Positions 37,380 to 45,582 of a stretch of DNA of 64,000 nucleotides are shown here, piece by piece. Positions within the stretch are counted from its first letter, which is position 1. The number at the start of each line of letters is the position of its first letter. The translations under genes were made by a program, and so were the position numbers. The DNA comes from an uncultured Pseudobdellovibrionaceae bacterium (GTDB taxonomy: Bacteria > Bdellovibrionota > Bdellovibrionia > Bdellovibrionales > JAGQZY01). The stretch covers positions 1-64,000 of the forward strand of contig CAZPOV010000020.1 of the NCBI GenBank assembly GCA_964588335.1, read 5' to 3'. Under the pieces are notes generated by a model, which did not search any database, was not told the DNA's origin, and saw only the letters and a program-made list of their open reading frames with translations.

Positions 37380-39185
37380 ATGTTGCGATTTGTGGTGATA
37401 AGGGGGATCATGACCACCGAACATCTTTACCAACAAGCCCATTTTCAGAAGTTAAAAACCCAGGGAAAAACTGATATTTATCTGCTTGCGGCCCATTGCT
37501 TTACAGGCGATCACCAACGCACCCGGTGGTTGGCCGAAGATCTGCTTCCGCAGGCCACAGCCGAGGAACAGGCCTTTATAGGGTTTCACTTGGGTGTGAG
37601 CCTGACGCGAACCTCGAATTACAAAAAAGCCGCGCGTGTCTTTAAACGCAATATGGAGCTAGCAAAACAGCATCCTAATAATGCCATGATTTGGTTTTTA
37701 GCTTGGCAGGGTCTTGGCTTTTTTTATTACTTTTTTTCGCGTCATAGTCACAGCTTACAGGCGGCTCAAAAAGCGCGGCGCGCTCTTGAAAAAGTGAAAG
37801 ACCCTGGCAACAAAACCTTGTTTGCGATTTTATGCTTAGACCTGGAGGGGCACAATTTAATCCATCGCTTTCGCATCCACAAAGGTGTGGAGGTGTTACA
37901 AGAAGCTCTCGATATCGCGCAGAAAAACGGTGTGGAGTCTTTTGCTCATTCTTTGCAACTGTCCATTTTACTGTACACATGCAAATACATTAAAAAACCG
38001 AACCAGGCCATTCCGCTGCTCAAACAAGCTTTGCAAGAAACCGCCACCGATGACGACTACTCTCGTTCGGAGCTGGTGTGTCTAATCTCAAACCTTTTAA
38101 TGCTGACCGGAGAATTTAAACAGGCGCAGGATTATTTATCAGACCACTATCAGGTGATCTATAAAACCGAGAACAAAAGACAAATGGGCCATTTGAATTT
38201 TCGTATGACCTATAATATGTATCGCCGTGGCTCTTTCGAGCAGGCTCTGTATTTAGCCAAGACAGCTCGCTCCAATCTTAATTCAATCACTGACCGAAAC
38301 TTGGTTGCAAAAATATTGGGTCTTGAAATCAAAATTTTAGAAGCTATGGGAGAACCAACCGGTGAGTCGATCGTTACGCTGAAACAGCTTGAAAGTAAAA
38401 TTGAAAGCATGATTTCACTGCGCGCCAACAATAGAACCTTAAAACAACGCGCCTCTTTCAACGAGGGTGAAGATCGTTGTGGCGACCTTATTGATCGCCT
38501 GCATGGAAAAAGATCAAAAAATGTTTACAAAGAAATTATCCAAGGCGGCTACTATGGTCTGCTCATGGATTTCTTTGACCGAAAACCGGGTGATGAATTT
38601 ATTATCGTCAACGCCCCCGATGGTCACTGCGTGGTTAATACCAAGGAGCGATGCTATGTGGTTGACAAAAAATTAGGACCCACCCTGACAAAGCTTCTTG
38701 TCACCGTCGGTGGTGGCGAAAGCACGAAAGAAAAATTGATTGAAAAGGTTTGGGGATACTCAGAATATGACCCGCTACGCCACGATTCCTTGATCTACAC
38801 CTCAATGGCGCGCCTGCGCAGTCTACTCAACATCGACGAGAATCGGCTTTTTTTCGACGGTCAAAGCTACCGCTGCAGTCTCAATATTGTTGATGACCTT
38901 CTCGGAAACACAGCTGCAGAGGTGACCTCTGATTCGAATAAGAAAACTCAAATGTTGACGGCCGACCCTTTTGCGCGAGAAATCTCGTCAAATTTGAATT
39001 ACCGACAGATACAAACATTAAAAAATAGACAAATCGAATCGATTTCTGTCAAAAACTACTCCAATCAGTTTGACGTGACGACGATGACAGCCTTACGCGA
39101 CTTAAAATTACTCTGTGAGTTAGGCTATTTGAAAAAAACCGGCCGAGCACGCTCGACACGCTATTTGAAATTATTCAAACCATGA
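37380..39185 (+). CDS. Large putative transcriptional regulator: TPR-like helical N-terminal half, OmpR/PhoB-type winged helix, C-terminal HTH
   Basis: STKEKLIEKVWGYSEYDPLRHDSLIYTSMARLRSLL fits the trans_reg_C pattern (W-G...R-LR). The C-terminal VKNYSNQFDVTTMTALRDLKLLCELGYLKKTGRARSTRY looks like a wHTH. The start is uncertain (37380 or Met at 37410). Confidence 0.55.
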   Translation: MLRFVVIRGIMTTEHLYQQAHFQKLKTQGKTDIYLLAAHCFTGDHQRTRWLAEDLLPQATAEEQAFIGFHLGVSLTRTSNYKKAARVFKRNMELAKQHPNNAMIWFLAWQGLGFFYYFFSRHSHSLQAAQKARRALEKVKDPGNKTLFAILCLDLEGHNLIHRFRIHKGVEVLQEALDIAQKNGVESFAHSLQLSILLYTCKYIKKPNQAIPLLKQALQETATDDDYSRSELVCLISNLLMLTGEFKQAQDYLSDHYQVIYKTENKRQMGHLNFRMTYNMYRRGSFEQALYLAKTARSNLNSITDRNLVAKILGLEIKILEAMGEPTGESIVTLKQLESKIESMISLRANNRTLKQRASFNEGEDRCGDLIDRLHGKRSKNVYKEIIQGGYYGLLMDFFDRKPGDEFIIVNAPDGHCVVNTKERCYVVDKKLGPTLTKLLVTVGGGESTKEKLIEKVWGYSEYDPLRHDSLIYTSMARLRSLLNIDENRLFFDGQSYRCSLNIVDDLLGNTAAEVTSDSNKKTQMLTADPFAREISSNLNYRQIQTLKNRQIESISVKNYSNQFDVTTMTALRDLKLLCELGYLKKTGRARSTRYLKLFKP

Positions 39186-39240
39186 CAAAACTTGAAAGGT
39201 TTGGTAAGAAATTGAGCAATCACTTCCAAGGGGGAAGACA

Positions 39241-39834
39241 ATGAAGGTATTAATTTTTATAGGCATCCTGACAGTCACACTCTCGACCTGGGCCCAAAAC
39301 ACGACCCATGATGGCGTCTACCAAGTTTTGGATAGTGAAGGTCACATCGTTGAATTTTTCTCGGAACTGCAGTTTGAAGGCGACAACTTTGCCGAAGCCG
39401 AGACCATCACCCTTCTTTTCCCGGAAACCTTGGCCGGAGAATCAAACCGGATTGAATTGGAGAATATCGATGGCACCTGGCTGGGGCACCCTGACCTTTT
39501 TGAATCCTTGGAATGCCAAGCCGATGAGGTCTATGATTTTTCGTGTTTTATGGTTTTTAACAGTGAAAACCTTTTGAAAACCGAAAAATGGACAGCCGCG
39601 CAAAACCATATGACATTGAATGCGTTTTCAGGTTTTCTCAATGCCAGTGCGGCTGTGCCGGAGGTGGGTGCGGGCGTTTTAAAGGTCAACAAACTGAAAG
39701 CCCAACAAGCCCTTGAAGCCCAGGGTTTTGCAGGCGAAGTCTTGGAACATCGTTTGAGTGTGGTCGATCAGTTCTTCAGTGAGCCCATTGGCTGGATTCG
39801 TTATCGAAAAAGCGGAGTCTACTCTCTGGACTAA
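39241..39834 (+). CDS. Secreted hypothetical protein
   Basis: Signal peptide MKVLIFIGILTVTLSTWAQ with a gggggaag Shine-Dalgarno-like sequence upstream. Confidence 0.5.
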   Translation: MKVLIFIGILTVTLSTWAQNTTHDGVYQVLDSEGHIVEFFSELQFEGDNFAEAETITLLFPETLAGESNRIELENIDGTWLGHPDLFESLECQADEVYDFSCFMVFNSENLLKTEKWTAAQNHMTLNAFSGFLNASAAVPEVGAGVLKVNKLKAQQALEAQGFAGEVLEHRLSVVDQFFSEPIGWIRYRKSGVYSLD

Positions 39835-39995
39835 ACCCACTCTGTAAGTTAACGAACAGTCGTATTGTTTCAAGGAAACGGCTCGATCCTGTTTAGTGAT
39901 CTCATTCTGAAATTTTCAAGAACTGATCGATTAAAATTCCGTATTATATAGAGATTTCATTAACGAAAATCACTTGTAAGACCGATAGATTGAAT

Positions 39996-41813
39996 ATGAA
40001 ATCATGTTTGTTAGGTCTTTTTCTAATCCTTCCCTTGGCGTTGTCGTGCACTAAAAAAAGTAGCGATCATGCGCAAGTTAAAATTCAATTTGATAGTTCT
40101 ATTTTCAAAAATGATGACCCATTAGCAAAAACAGTGAGTGCCGCCAGCGCTCCCGATTGGGGCGTGGGCGATCCCGCCACTCTATCGGAGGTTCAATGCT
40201 GGGGTGTTTTTGTTGGCGGCCCTGAAACAAATATGCAATCCAGTCGATGCAAAAACCCCAATGGCGATGTTGTTGCGCGATTTGGCCCACGCGCAGGTTT
40301 CTATCCTATTGACGAAGCCGGAGTCGTCAATGTTCCAAAAGGTAAAGATCGACTTTTCTACTTAATGGCCATGGCCTCCGCCGATGGCACCTGCCATGCG
40401 GGCTTTGACCAAGAGGCCGATATTGAATTCAGCAATTTTTCAGCCCCTTACATCATTGCTAAGACCAAAACAGATGTTTTGGAAAACAAAAAGAATGTCT
40501 ATCTTGAACTGCAAAACGTTTTTTCTAGTCAAAACAAAATTGACGATTGTGACTTTATCAAACCCGGACTTCCAGACCCCAATTTGCAAGTGACTCTCTT
40601 TCAATCGAATCGCAATATTTGGATTGCCGGTAACCCCGTTCCACGCACCGTTACTTTCACTCACAATTTGGGAACGGCCTATTGCTCAAACGACGACCTC
40701 AATTTCAGTGAATGCAGCAGCGGAACCTACACCTGGGCATGGGCTGATGCCACCAACACCCACACCATTCGAATCGAAGATGAAAATGGCTATATTTTAG
40801 ATTCCTTCAGTTTCACCCCCTCCAATGAATACCCCTCCCTGTCTCCAGGAACCTGTGATCTGACCATCACTGACGGCGACTCTTTTTCTTCCATCGCCTC
40901 TCCTTTACTCGGGACGGGAAATATTATTTGCGTTGACGATGGCATTACCATTTCTGAAGCCAGTGCGGCACTAGGAATGGGAGACAGCAATTATCTGATT
41001 GTCCCCTATGGCGCTACCGCCACTTTCGAGAACACAAGCGCCATTAACTCCATGTTTAACTTGGCCTCCGGAAACAACAACAACCATATTTATGGACTGC
41101 AGATTATCAGCGCTTCGGCCAGCTCTGCGACATTTGACATCACGGACGCAACAGGTACAAAGTTGGTCGATGTGGAAATCATCAACAACAATGGCGGCCC
41201 CGCTTTATCACTTTATACAGCCTCCGCCGATATCAATGCTGAGGTCTATAGCAGCGCTCTGCGAGCTAATGGCGGGACCACTGGAATTGGACTCAGAACA
41301 TCATCGTCCACGGCGTCAATCAAACCTATCGTTCTTGTTTCTGACAATAGCACTCTTGAGGGAACCAGCTTTGGTTTTCAAGCCCTACAGGCTTCTGAGC
41401 TTCAAATCGAAAACAGTCACATAGAGGGCCTTGGTAACAGTAGTTTTACCTTTGGTTTGTGGCAAAGAGCCGATGTCAAAGTCGCGAATTCAAGGATCGT
41501 CGACAACAATGGCTGGGGCGTGCAACTGGGTTGCAATTTTAGCGCGACCCCTTTGAATCTAGAAATCAGTGGCAACACGTTTGTAAGAAACAACGTCGCC
41601 GGTTCACAGGCTGCTGGAGCGGCCCTCGGCTTCAATGATTGTGGTGTAAACTATGGCCCCGTTACCATCGATTCTGCAGACAATGACAATATCTTTTGTG
41701 CGGTTGATCCAATGATCGCTACCTTTGGATCAATTCGCCAAGACAATGATGCTCACTCTCCAACAAGCACCTTTATGCCAGGCCTCTACACGGTTCAAGC
41801 TTGCCCACTTTGA
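39996..41813 (+). CDS. Lipoprotein with probable right-handed beta-helix C-terminal region
   Basis: I used the ATG at 39996 (MKSCLLGLFLILPLALSC|TKK, lipobox). The C-terminal half is rich in short Gly/Asn/Ser repeats (IINNNGG, NSRIVDNNGWG, ISGNTFVRNN), typical of parallel beta-helix proteins. Confidence 0.5.
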   Translation: MKSCLLGLFLILPLALSCTKKSSDHAQVKIQFDSSIFKNDDPLAKTVSAASAPDWGVGDPATLSEVQCWGVFVGGPETNMQSSRCKNPNGDVVARFGPRAGFYPIDEAGVVNVPKGKDRLFYLMAMASADGTCHAGFDQEADIEFSNFSAPYIIAKTKTDVLENKKNVYLELQNVFSSQNKIDDCDFIKPGLPDPNLQVTLFQSNRNIWIAGNPVPRTVTFTHNLGTAYCSNDDLNFSECSSGTYTWAWADATNTHTIRIEDENGYILDSFSFTPSNEYPSLSPGTCDLTITDGDSFSSIASPLLGTGNIICVDDGITISEASAALGMGDSNYLIVPYGATATFENTSAINSMFNLASGNNNNHIYGLQIISASASSATFDITDATGTKLVDVEIINNNGGPALSLYTASADINAEVYSSALRANGGTTGIGLRTSSSTASIKPIVLVSDNSTLEGTSFGFQALQASELQIENSHIEGLGNSSFTFGLWQRADVKVANSRIVDNNGWGVQLGCNFSATPLNLEISGNTFVRNNVAGSQAAGAALGFNDCGVNYGPVTIDSADNDNIFCAVDPMIATFGSIRQDNDAHSPTSTFMPGLYTVQACPL

Positions 41814-41848
41814 TAACTTAGACAAAATCTATTCGGCGCGAGTGGTGG

Positions 41849-41965
41849 CCTTGGGTGAGTCTCCCCTTATCAAGACTCCGGCAAGCGTGACGCGTTTTCA
41901 CACGCAGGGTGAAATGCCGGCGAGGGCATGGAGCCCGCTCTTGATAAGGGGAGACTCACCCAAGG
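41849..41965. repeat. Structured intergenic repeat, copy 2 (inverted orientation relative to copy 1)
   Basis: Left arm ccttgggtgagtctccccttatcaaga (41849-41875) pairs perfectly with right arm tcttgataaggggagactcacccaagg (41939-41965). The reverse complement of the core is gcgggctccatgccctcgccggcatttcaccctgcgtgtgaaaacgcgtcacgcttgccggag, which aligns with the copy 1 core. Confidence 0.85.
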
Positions 41966-42002
41966 TCCCCACCCATCGAATAACTCTATGTATTTTCAGT
42001 CA

Positions 42003-43190
42003 TTAATTTTCAGAGGGCGTTCCTCGGCGAGGCGCTCGCGGCACCCGTGATGTGGACTGATTGAAGTGACAGATGTTGGGGTCACGATTGAACTGCTGTT
42101 GACACTTGCGCCGATTGGCAGCGTTGTCGCGAATACAAACATGCATGTGATCGTCGTGGTGAATCAAGTTTCGAAATCCTAGGCTGCTTAAATTGGGATC
42201 GTTAAAAAACATTTGTGGAGTGCCATTGCCCCCAGGCCGCGGAGTGGTTTCGATTCCCCACTGGACTAGCATTTGCGCGAAGCGCCCAGTTAAGGCACTG
42301 GAGTAGCTGCCGCTGTTGACAGTCACGCCTTGATCAAGACCGTGCCCGGGTCGGCGCATCGGCCAGATGTCCATACACTCACCATTGTTATGGGAAGCAT
42401 GGGGCCACTCGCTGGGTTCACGACCATTGTGACCAAAATCACCGTACATGATTCGACAGTTCGCCTGATTGCCACGGCAAACCTCTTGCTGCCACTGTTG
42501 AGATGCGCCAGCAAATAAACAGGCCGTGGTTGGATTCAAATAAGGAGGAGTTCGATGCCCGCGGATATGGAATCCACCGCAGGGTCCGGTTCGATCACCT
42601 GCTCCCGACATGGGCAACTGATATCGACTGTCAGAACCTCTCGGCCCATCGGGCGAGGCTTGCGGGAAAAATTGGTAAAAGTTTTCACCACTATTTATGG
42701 GATTGGGTATTCTTGGGTCGCGCGGAAGGCGCGGTGTGCGTGGCGGTGTTTCTCCCCCAACGCGCAGCCCATCATCTGGCCGACGGCCCACCGGCTGTGG
42801 CACCCCTTGGTGGTTGACTGGAGTTAAACGAATCTCATTGCCATTGGGCGTGTTCCTTTCCGGGATCAGTGTTCGAGGCTGACCTCCCGGTGGCAGCAGG
42901 AGAAGAGGGTTTCCTAAAAAGGCTGCGATAGAGACAAAACTAATAGAACCACCTTGCTGGATCTGGACATAGCCATTGGCAGTGATCCGCAAGCAGCGAT
43001 AAGGTTGATTGCGTCTTAAAAAACTTCCCACATTCCCATTGTTCACCACATTGGTATCATCAGTGGGGGAAACATAGACCGGAATTTGTCGCGAGCGAGC
43101 ATCCTGGCGAAGAACACAGGCTAAGGAGGGATCGGAAATGAGAATAATGAGTGCCAGACCAATAGCCTGTTTAAAGTATTTTCTAAGCAT
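42003..43190 (-). CDS. Secreted LAS-superfamily zinc peptidase-like protein (MepA / murein endopeptidase-like) with Pro/Arg-rich linker
   Basis: Signal peptide with a possible lipobox (LISDPSLAC). HASHNNGECMDIW (H-x-S-H...D) and the distal IHHDDHMHVCI (H-x-H) match the metal-ligand arrangement of LAS enzymes as I remember it. Confidence 0.5.
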   Translation of the reverse strand: MLRKYFKQAIGLALIILISDPSLACVLRQDARSRQIPVYVSPTDDTNVVNNGNVGSFLRRNQPYRCLRITANGYVQIQQGGSISFVSIAAFLGNPLLLLPPGGQPRTLIPERNTPNGNEIRLTPVNHQGVPQPVGRRPDDGLRVGGETPPRTPRLPRDPRIPNPINSGENFYQFFPQASPDGPRGSDSRYQLPMSGAGDRTGPCGGFHIRGHRTPPYLNPTTACLFAGASQQWQQEVCRGNQANCRIMYGDFGHNGREPSEWPHASHNNGECMDIWPMRRPGHGLDQGVTVNSGSYSSALTGRFAQMLVQWGIETTPRPGGNGTPQMFFNDPNLSSLGFRNLIHHDDHMHVCIRDNAANRRKCQQQFNRDPNICHFNQSTSRVPRAPRRGTPSEN

Positions 43191-43221
43191 GGTTTCCTAT
43201 CGGTTGTTTAGAAATGATACT

Positions 43222-43413
43222 TTACTGGGAATTGCGCAGGTAACTCATTAATATCCCTAACAAACCCACCCCAAAAATGCAGGCATTGATCCAATCTCCG
43301 TTATTCATCTTGTAAAACAGAAACGCCCCACCCAGGCAGCCGAAAACCAAAACTGCTGTAAAGACATCACGCAAAATTGCTCCTCCAGGACCACCTGATA
43401 TCTTTCCTGCCAC
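43222..43413 (-). CDS. Possible small two-TM membrane protein
   Basis: 63-aa ORF with two hydrophobic helices. It has a GTG start and no clear Shine-Dalgarno, so support is weak. Confidence 0.3.
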   Translation of the reverse strand: MAGKISGGPGGAILRDVFTAVLVFGCLGGAFLFYKMNNGDWINACIFGVGLLGILMSYLRNSQ

Positions 43414-43694
43414 ATAAAAAAAGGATATTGTCGACGCGTGGAAAGAGTGATCTAAACTCTCACCACACTTTCATCAGGAGGCTCCAGATGCAACAAAAAA
43501 TAACCCTATTTTGGCGCCGATTGTTTTGAATATTTTTTTAGTGCATGCCTTAATGGCGCCAGAGGGATTGCCAATAGCTTTGTTGATTGGAATTCTTGAA
43601 ATTTACTTAGCCTTTTTCGCCAAGCCTTATTGTGATATTATTTTAAAAATTTTCAATCAACCGAAAGCGAGGGCTTGAAATAGGGAATTCCAAC

Positions 43695-44432
43695 TTGCGT
43701 GTGATTTCAATGGTTCCCAGTTGGACCGAGACTCTGGTTGCCGCCAACGTCAATGTTGTCGGTCGCACTCGGTATTGCATTCATCCTCAAACCCCAGTTT
43801 CTAAAATTCCTATTGTTGGCGGCACCAAAGATTGGGATTTGCAAAAAATTCAAGATCTCAATCCTGATCTTTTAATTTTGGATAAAGAAGAAAATCCGAA
43901 ATTTATGGCTGAGCAAAATGAAATTCCCTGGAAGGCCACGCATATTGAAAGCATCCAGAACCTTCCTGCCAACTTGCTAGATCTGGTTGGAACTCTTTCT
44001 GCCCCGAAACTCAATGAGTACGCCCAGCGTTGGCAAAATGTCATTGCTCGTAAAAGCCAAACCGAAAGTGACTTTAAAGAACTTCCTGGTTTGATTGAAT
44101 GGGGACGACAGCCGACTGAGACTATTGACACCATTCTTTATGTCATCTGGAAGGACCCATGGATGGTTGTCAGCCGTAACACTTTTATTGGCAGTGTTCT
44201 GGCACATCTTGGATTACCGATTCCACAGATGGCGAGCAAGTATCCTAAAATCAGTCTCGATGATTATGATCCCAAAAAGACCCTACTGCTTCTCTCCTCT
44301 GAGCCGTATCCGTTTTTGAAAAAAAAGAAAGACATTCAAGATCTCCCTTTTCCTTACGCCATCGTCGATGGCGAGAGTTTCAGTTGGTTTGGGTTGCGTT
44401 CTCTGCAGTTTTTAGAGGAGCAATTGCGCTAG
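43695..44432 (+). CDS. Class III periplasmic-binding-protein fold (BtuF/TroA-like, cobalamin/siderophore-binding type) protein without a signal peptide
   Basis: RVISMVPSWTETLVAANVNVVGRT...GGTKDWDLQKIQDLNPDLLILDKEENP is the typical N-lobe pattern of PF01497-type binding proteins. TTG start. Confidence 0.65.
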   Translation: MRVISMVPSWTETLVAANVNVVGRTRYCIHPQTPVSKIPIVGGTKDWDLQKIQDLNPDLLILDKEENPKFMAEQNEIPWKATHIESIQNLPANLLDLVGTLSAPKLNEYAQRWQNVIARKSQTESDFKELPGLIEWGRQPTETIDTILYVIWKDPWMVVSRNTFIGSVLAHLGLPIPQMASKYPKISLDDYDPKKTLLLLSSEPYPFLKKKKDIQDLPFPYAIVDGESFSWFGLRSLQFLEEQLR

Positions 44433-44543
44433 ACCACCCTCCTTCTTGAAAAAATACCCCCCCTTAAATAATCGAATTTATAAACTTTGCCAAAACCAGT
44501 CTTTTTTATAATGATCTGGTGAGGTTTTCGTTAAGGTTTCGAG

Positions 44544-45353
44544 ATGGGGCTCTTGGGGCGAATTCTTTTTTTAACACTGATTTTACAAACTTCACTGGTA
44601 GCAAGAGCCAAAACCCCGCCGTCGCTTCCACTGCCAGACTTCTTCCACGATTTTACGGATCACTCTCTTTTTAAAGAAACAGATCCACAAAATAGAGACC
44701 TCTGGTTGATGCATTTAAAATCCCAGTATCCGGAACTTAAAATTGTCGTAGTGGCTTTACTCGCTCCCCAATTTCCCGATGTTCCACCGCTTCATTTCAA
44801 AGATGACAGTGTCATTCCCATAGCCCAAGAGTATTACCATCAATACTCTTTAACTATGATTCAAAACGTGGCCTTTTATGCCGCTCCTGGAGCTGCAGTG
44901 AACGACGACCTCGATAGGCCCGAAATCGACTCTCCTCTATTAGTCCTGCGTGAAAATACTCCGTTTCATGCGTTAATGCATGAAGTGGGGCATTTTTTAA
45001 TTGATCACAAGCAGCGCAAAGACCTTATTGATCAATCTCTTCCTAGAATTGTGTTCGACCGGCTTATAGAAATACTTTCAGGTGTGGCGGAGGAGAGTTT
45101 TGTCGACGCCCTTTTACTCACACAAGCCGAGACATTGGCTTGGAGTCTTAGTGAAATATGTCCTCGTCATAAGTATTTATCCCAGAACAATCAGGTTCTC
45201 AAATTCCACCTTGATGATCTTCGAAAAAAGGTCACTGCTCTTTCAAAAGATGACAAAGCCATTTTCGATGAGCTAGCCGATCTCTACCGATGGACACGCC
45301 AACTACAAAATCAATGGCACACACAATGCTTCCTTTGGTCTTTTAAAAATTAA
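44544..45353 (+). CDS. Secreted hypothetical protein with HExxH motif
   Basis: Signal peptide MGLLGRILFLTLILQTSLVARA. It also contains FHALMHEVGHFLIDH. No family recognised. Confidence 0.45.
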   Translation: MGLLGRILFLTLILQTSLVARAKTPPSLPLPDFFHDFTDHSLFKETDPQNRDLWLMHLKSQYPELKIVVVALLAPQFPDVPPLHFKDDSVIPIAQEYYHQYSLTMIQNVAFYAAPGAAVNDDLDRPEIDSPLLVLRENTPFHALMHEVGHFLIDHKQRKDLIDQSLPRIVFDRLIEILSGVAEESFVDALLLTQAETLAWSLSEICPRHKYLSQNNQVLKFHLDDLRKKVTALSKDDKAIFDELADLYRWTRQLQNQWHTQCFLWSFKN

Positions 45354-45582
45354 AACTCCACACAACTCCAACGAAGTTTGAAATTAAAAACATTATGTTT
45401 CTTAAAGGCCTAACAAAACTTGTATTGCAATTTTAATCGTTAAAATATTGAACGTGTTTTCTTGTATTATGTCATTTCAAAAAACAAGAAGTCAGGTCGC
45501 AGCTTGCTCTATTTATACAAGCCTTCGCATTGGCGCCAACTTAAAAATCGTGACCTTTGATCAACCACAGGTTCTTGCTCAC

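Noticed and set aside
35640-41965. The two inverted-repeat elements interpreted as integron attC sites or as MITEs
   Set aside because: In attC sites the outer R/L boxes (GTTRRRY) are conserved and the centre varies. Here the opposite holds, and no integrase is present. For MITEs the terminal repeats should be conserved between copies and flanked by target-site duplications. The arms differ at ~10 positions and I see no duplicated flanks.
43414-43694. Possible cobalamin riboswitch upstream of the BtuF-like gene, and a small hydrophobic ORF (43541..43678, ~45 aa)
   Set aside because: I found no B12-box-like GCCACTG or other recognisable riboswitch core. The small ORF has no Shine-Dalgarno sequence and nothing to support it beyond hydrophobicity.
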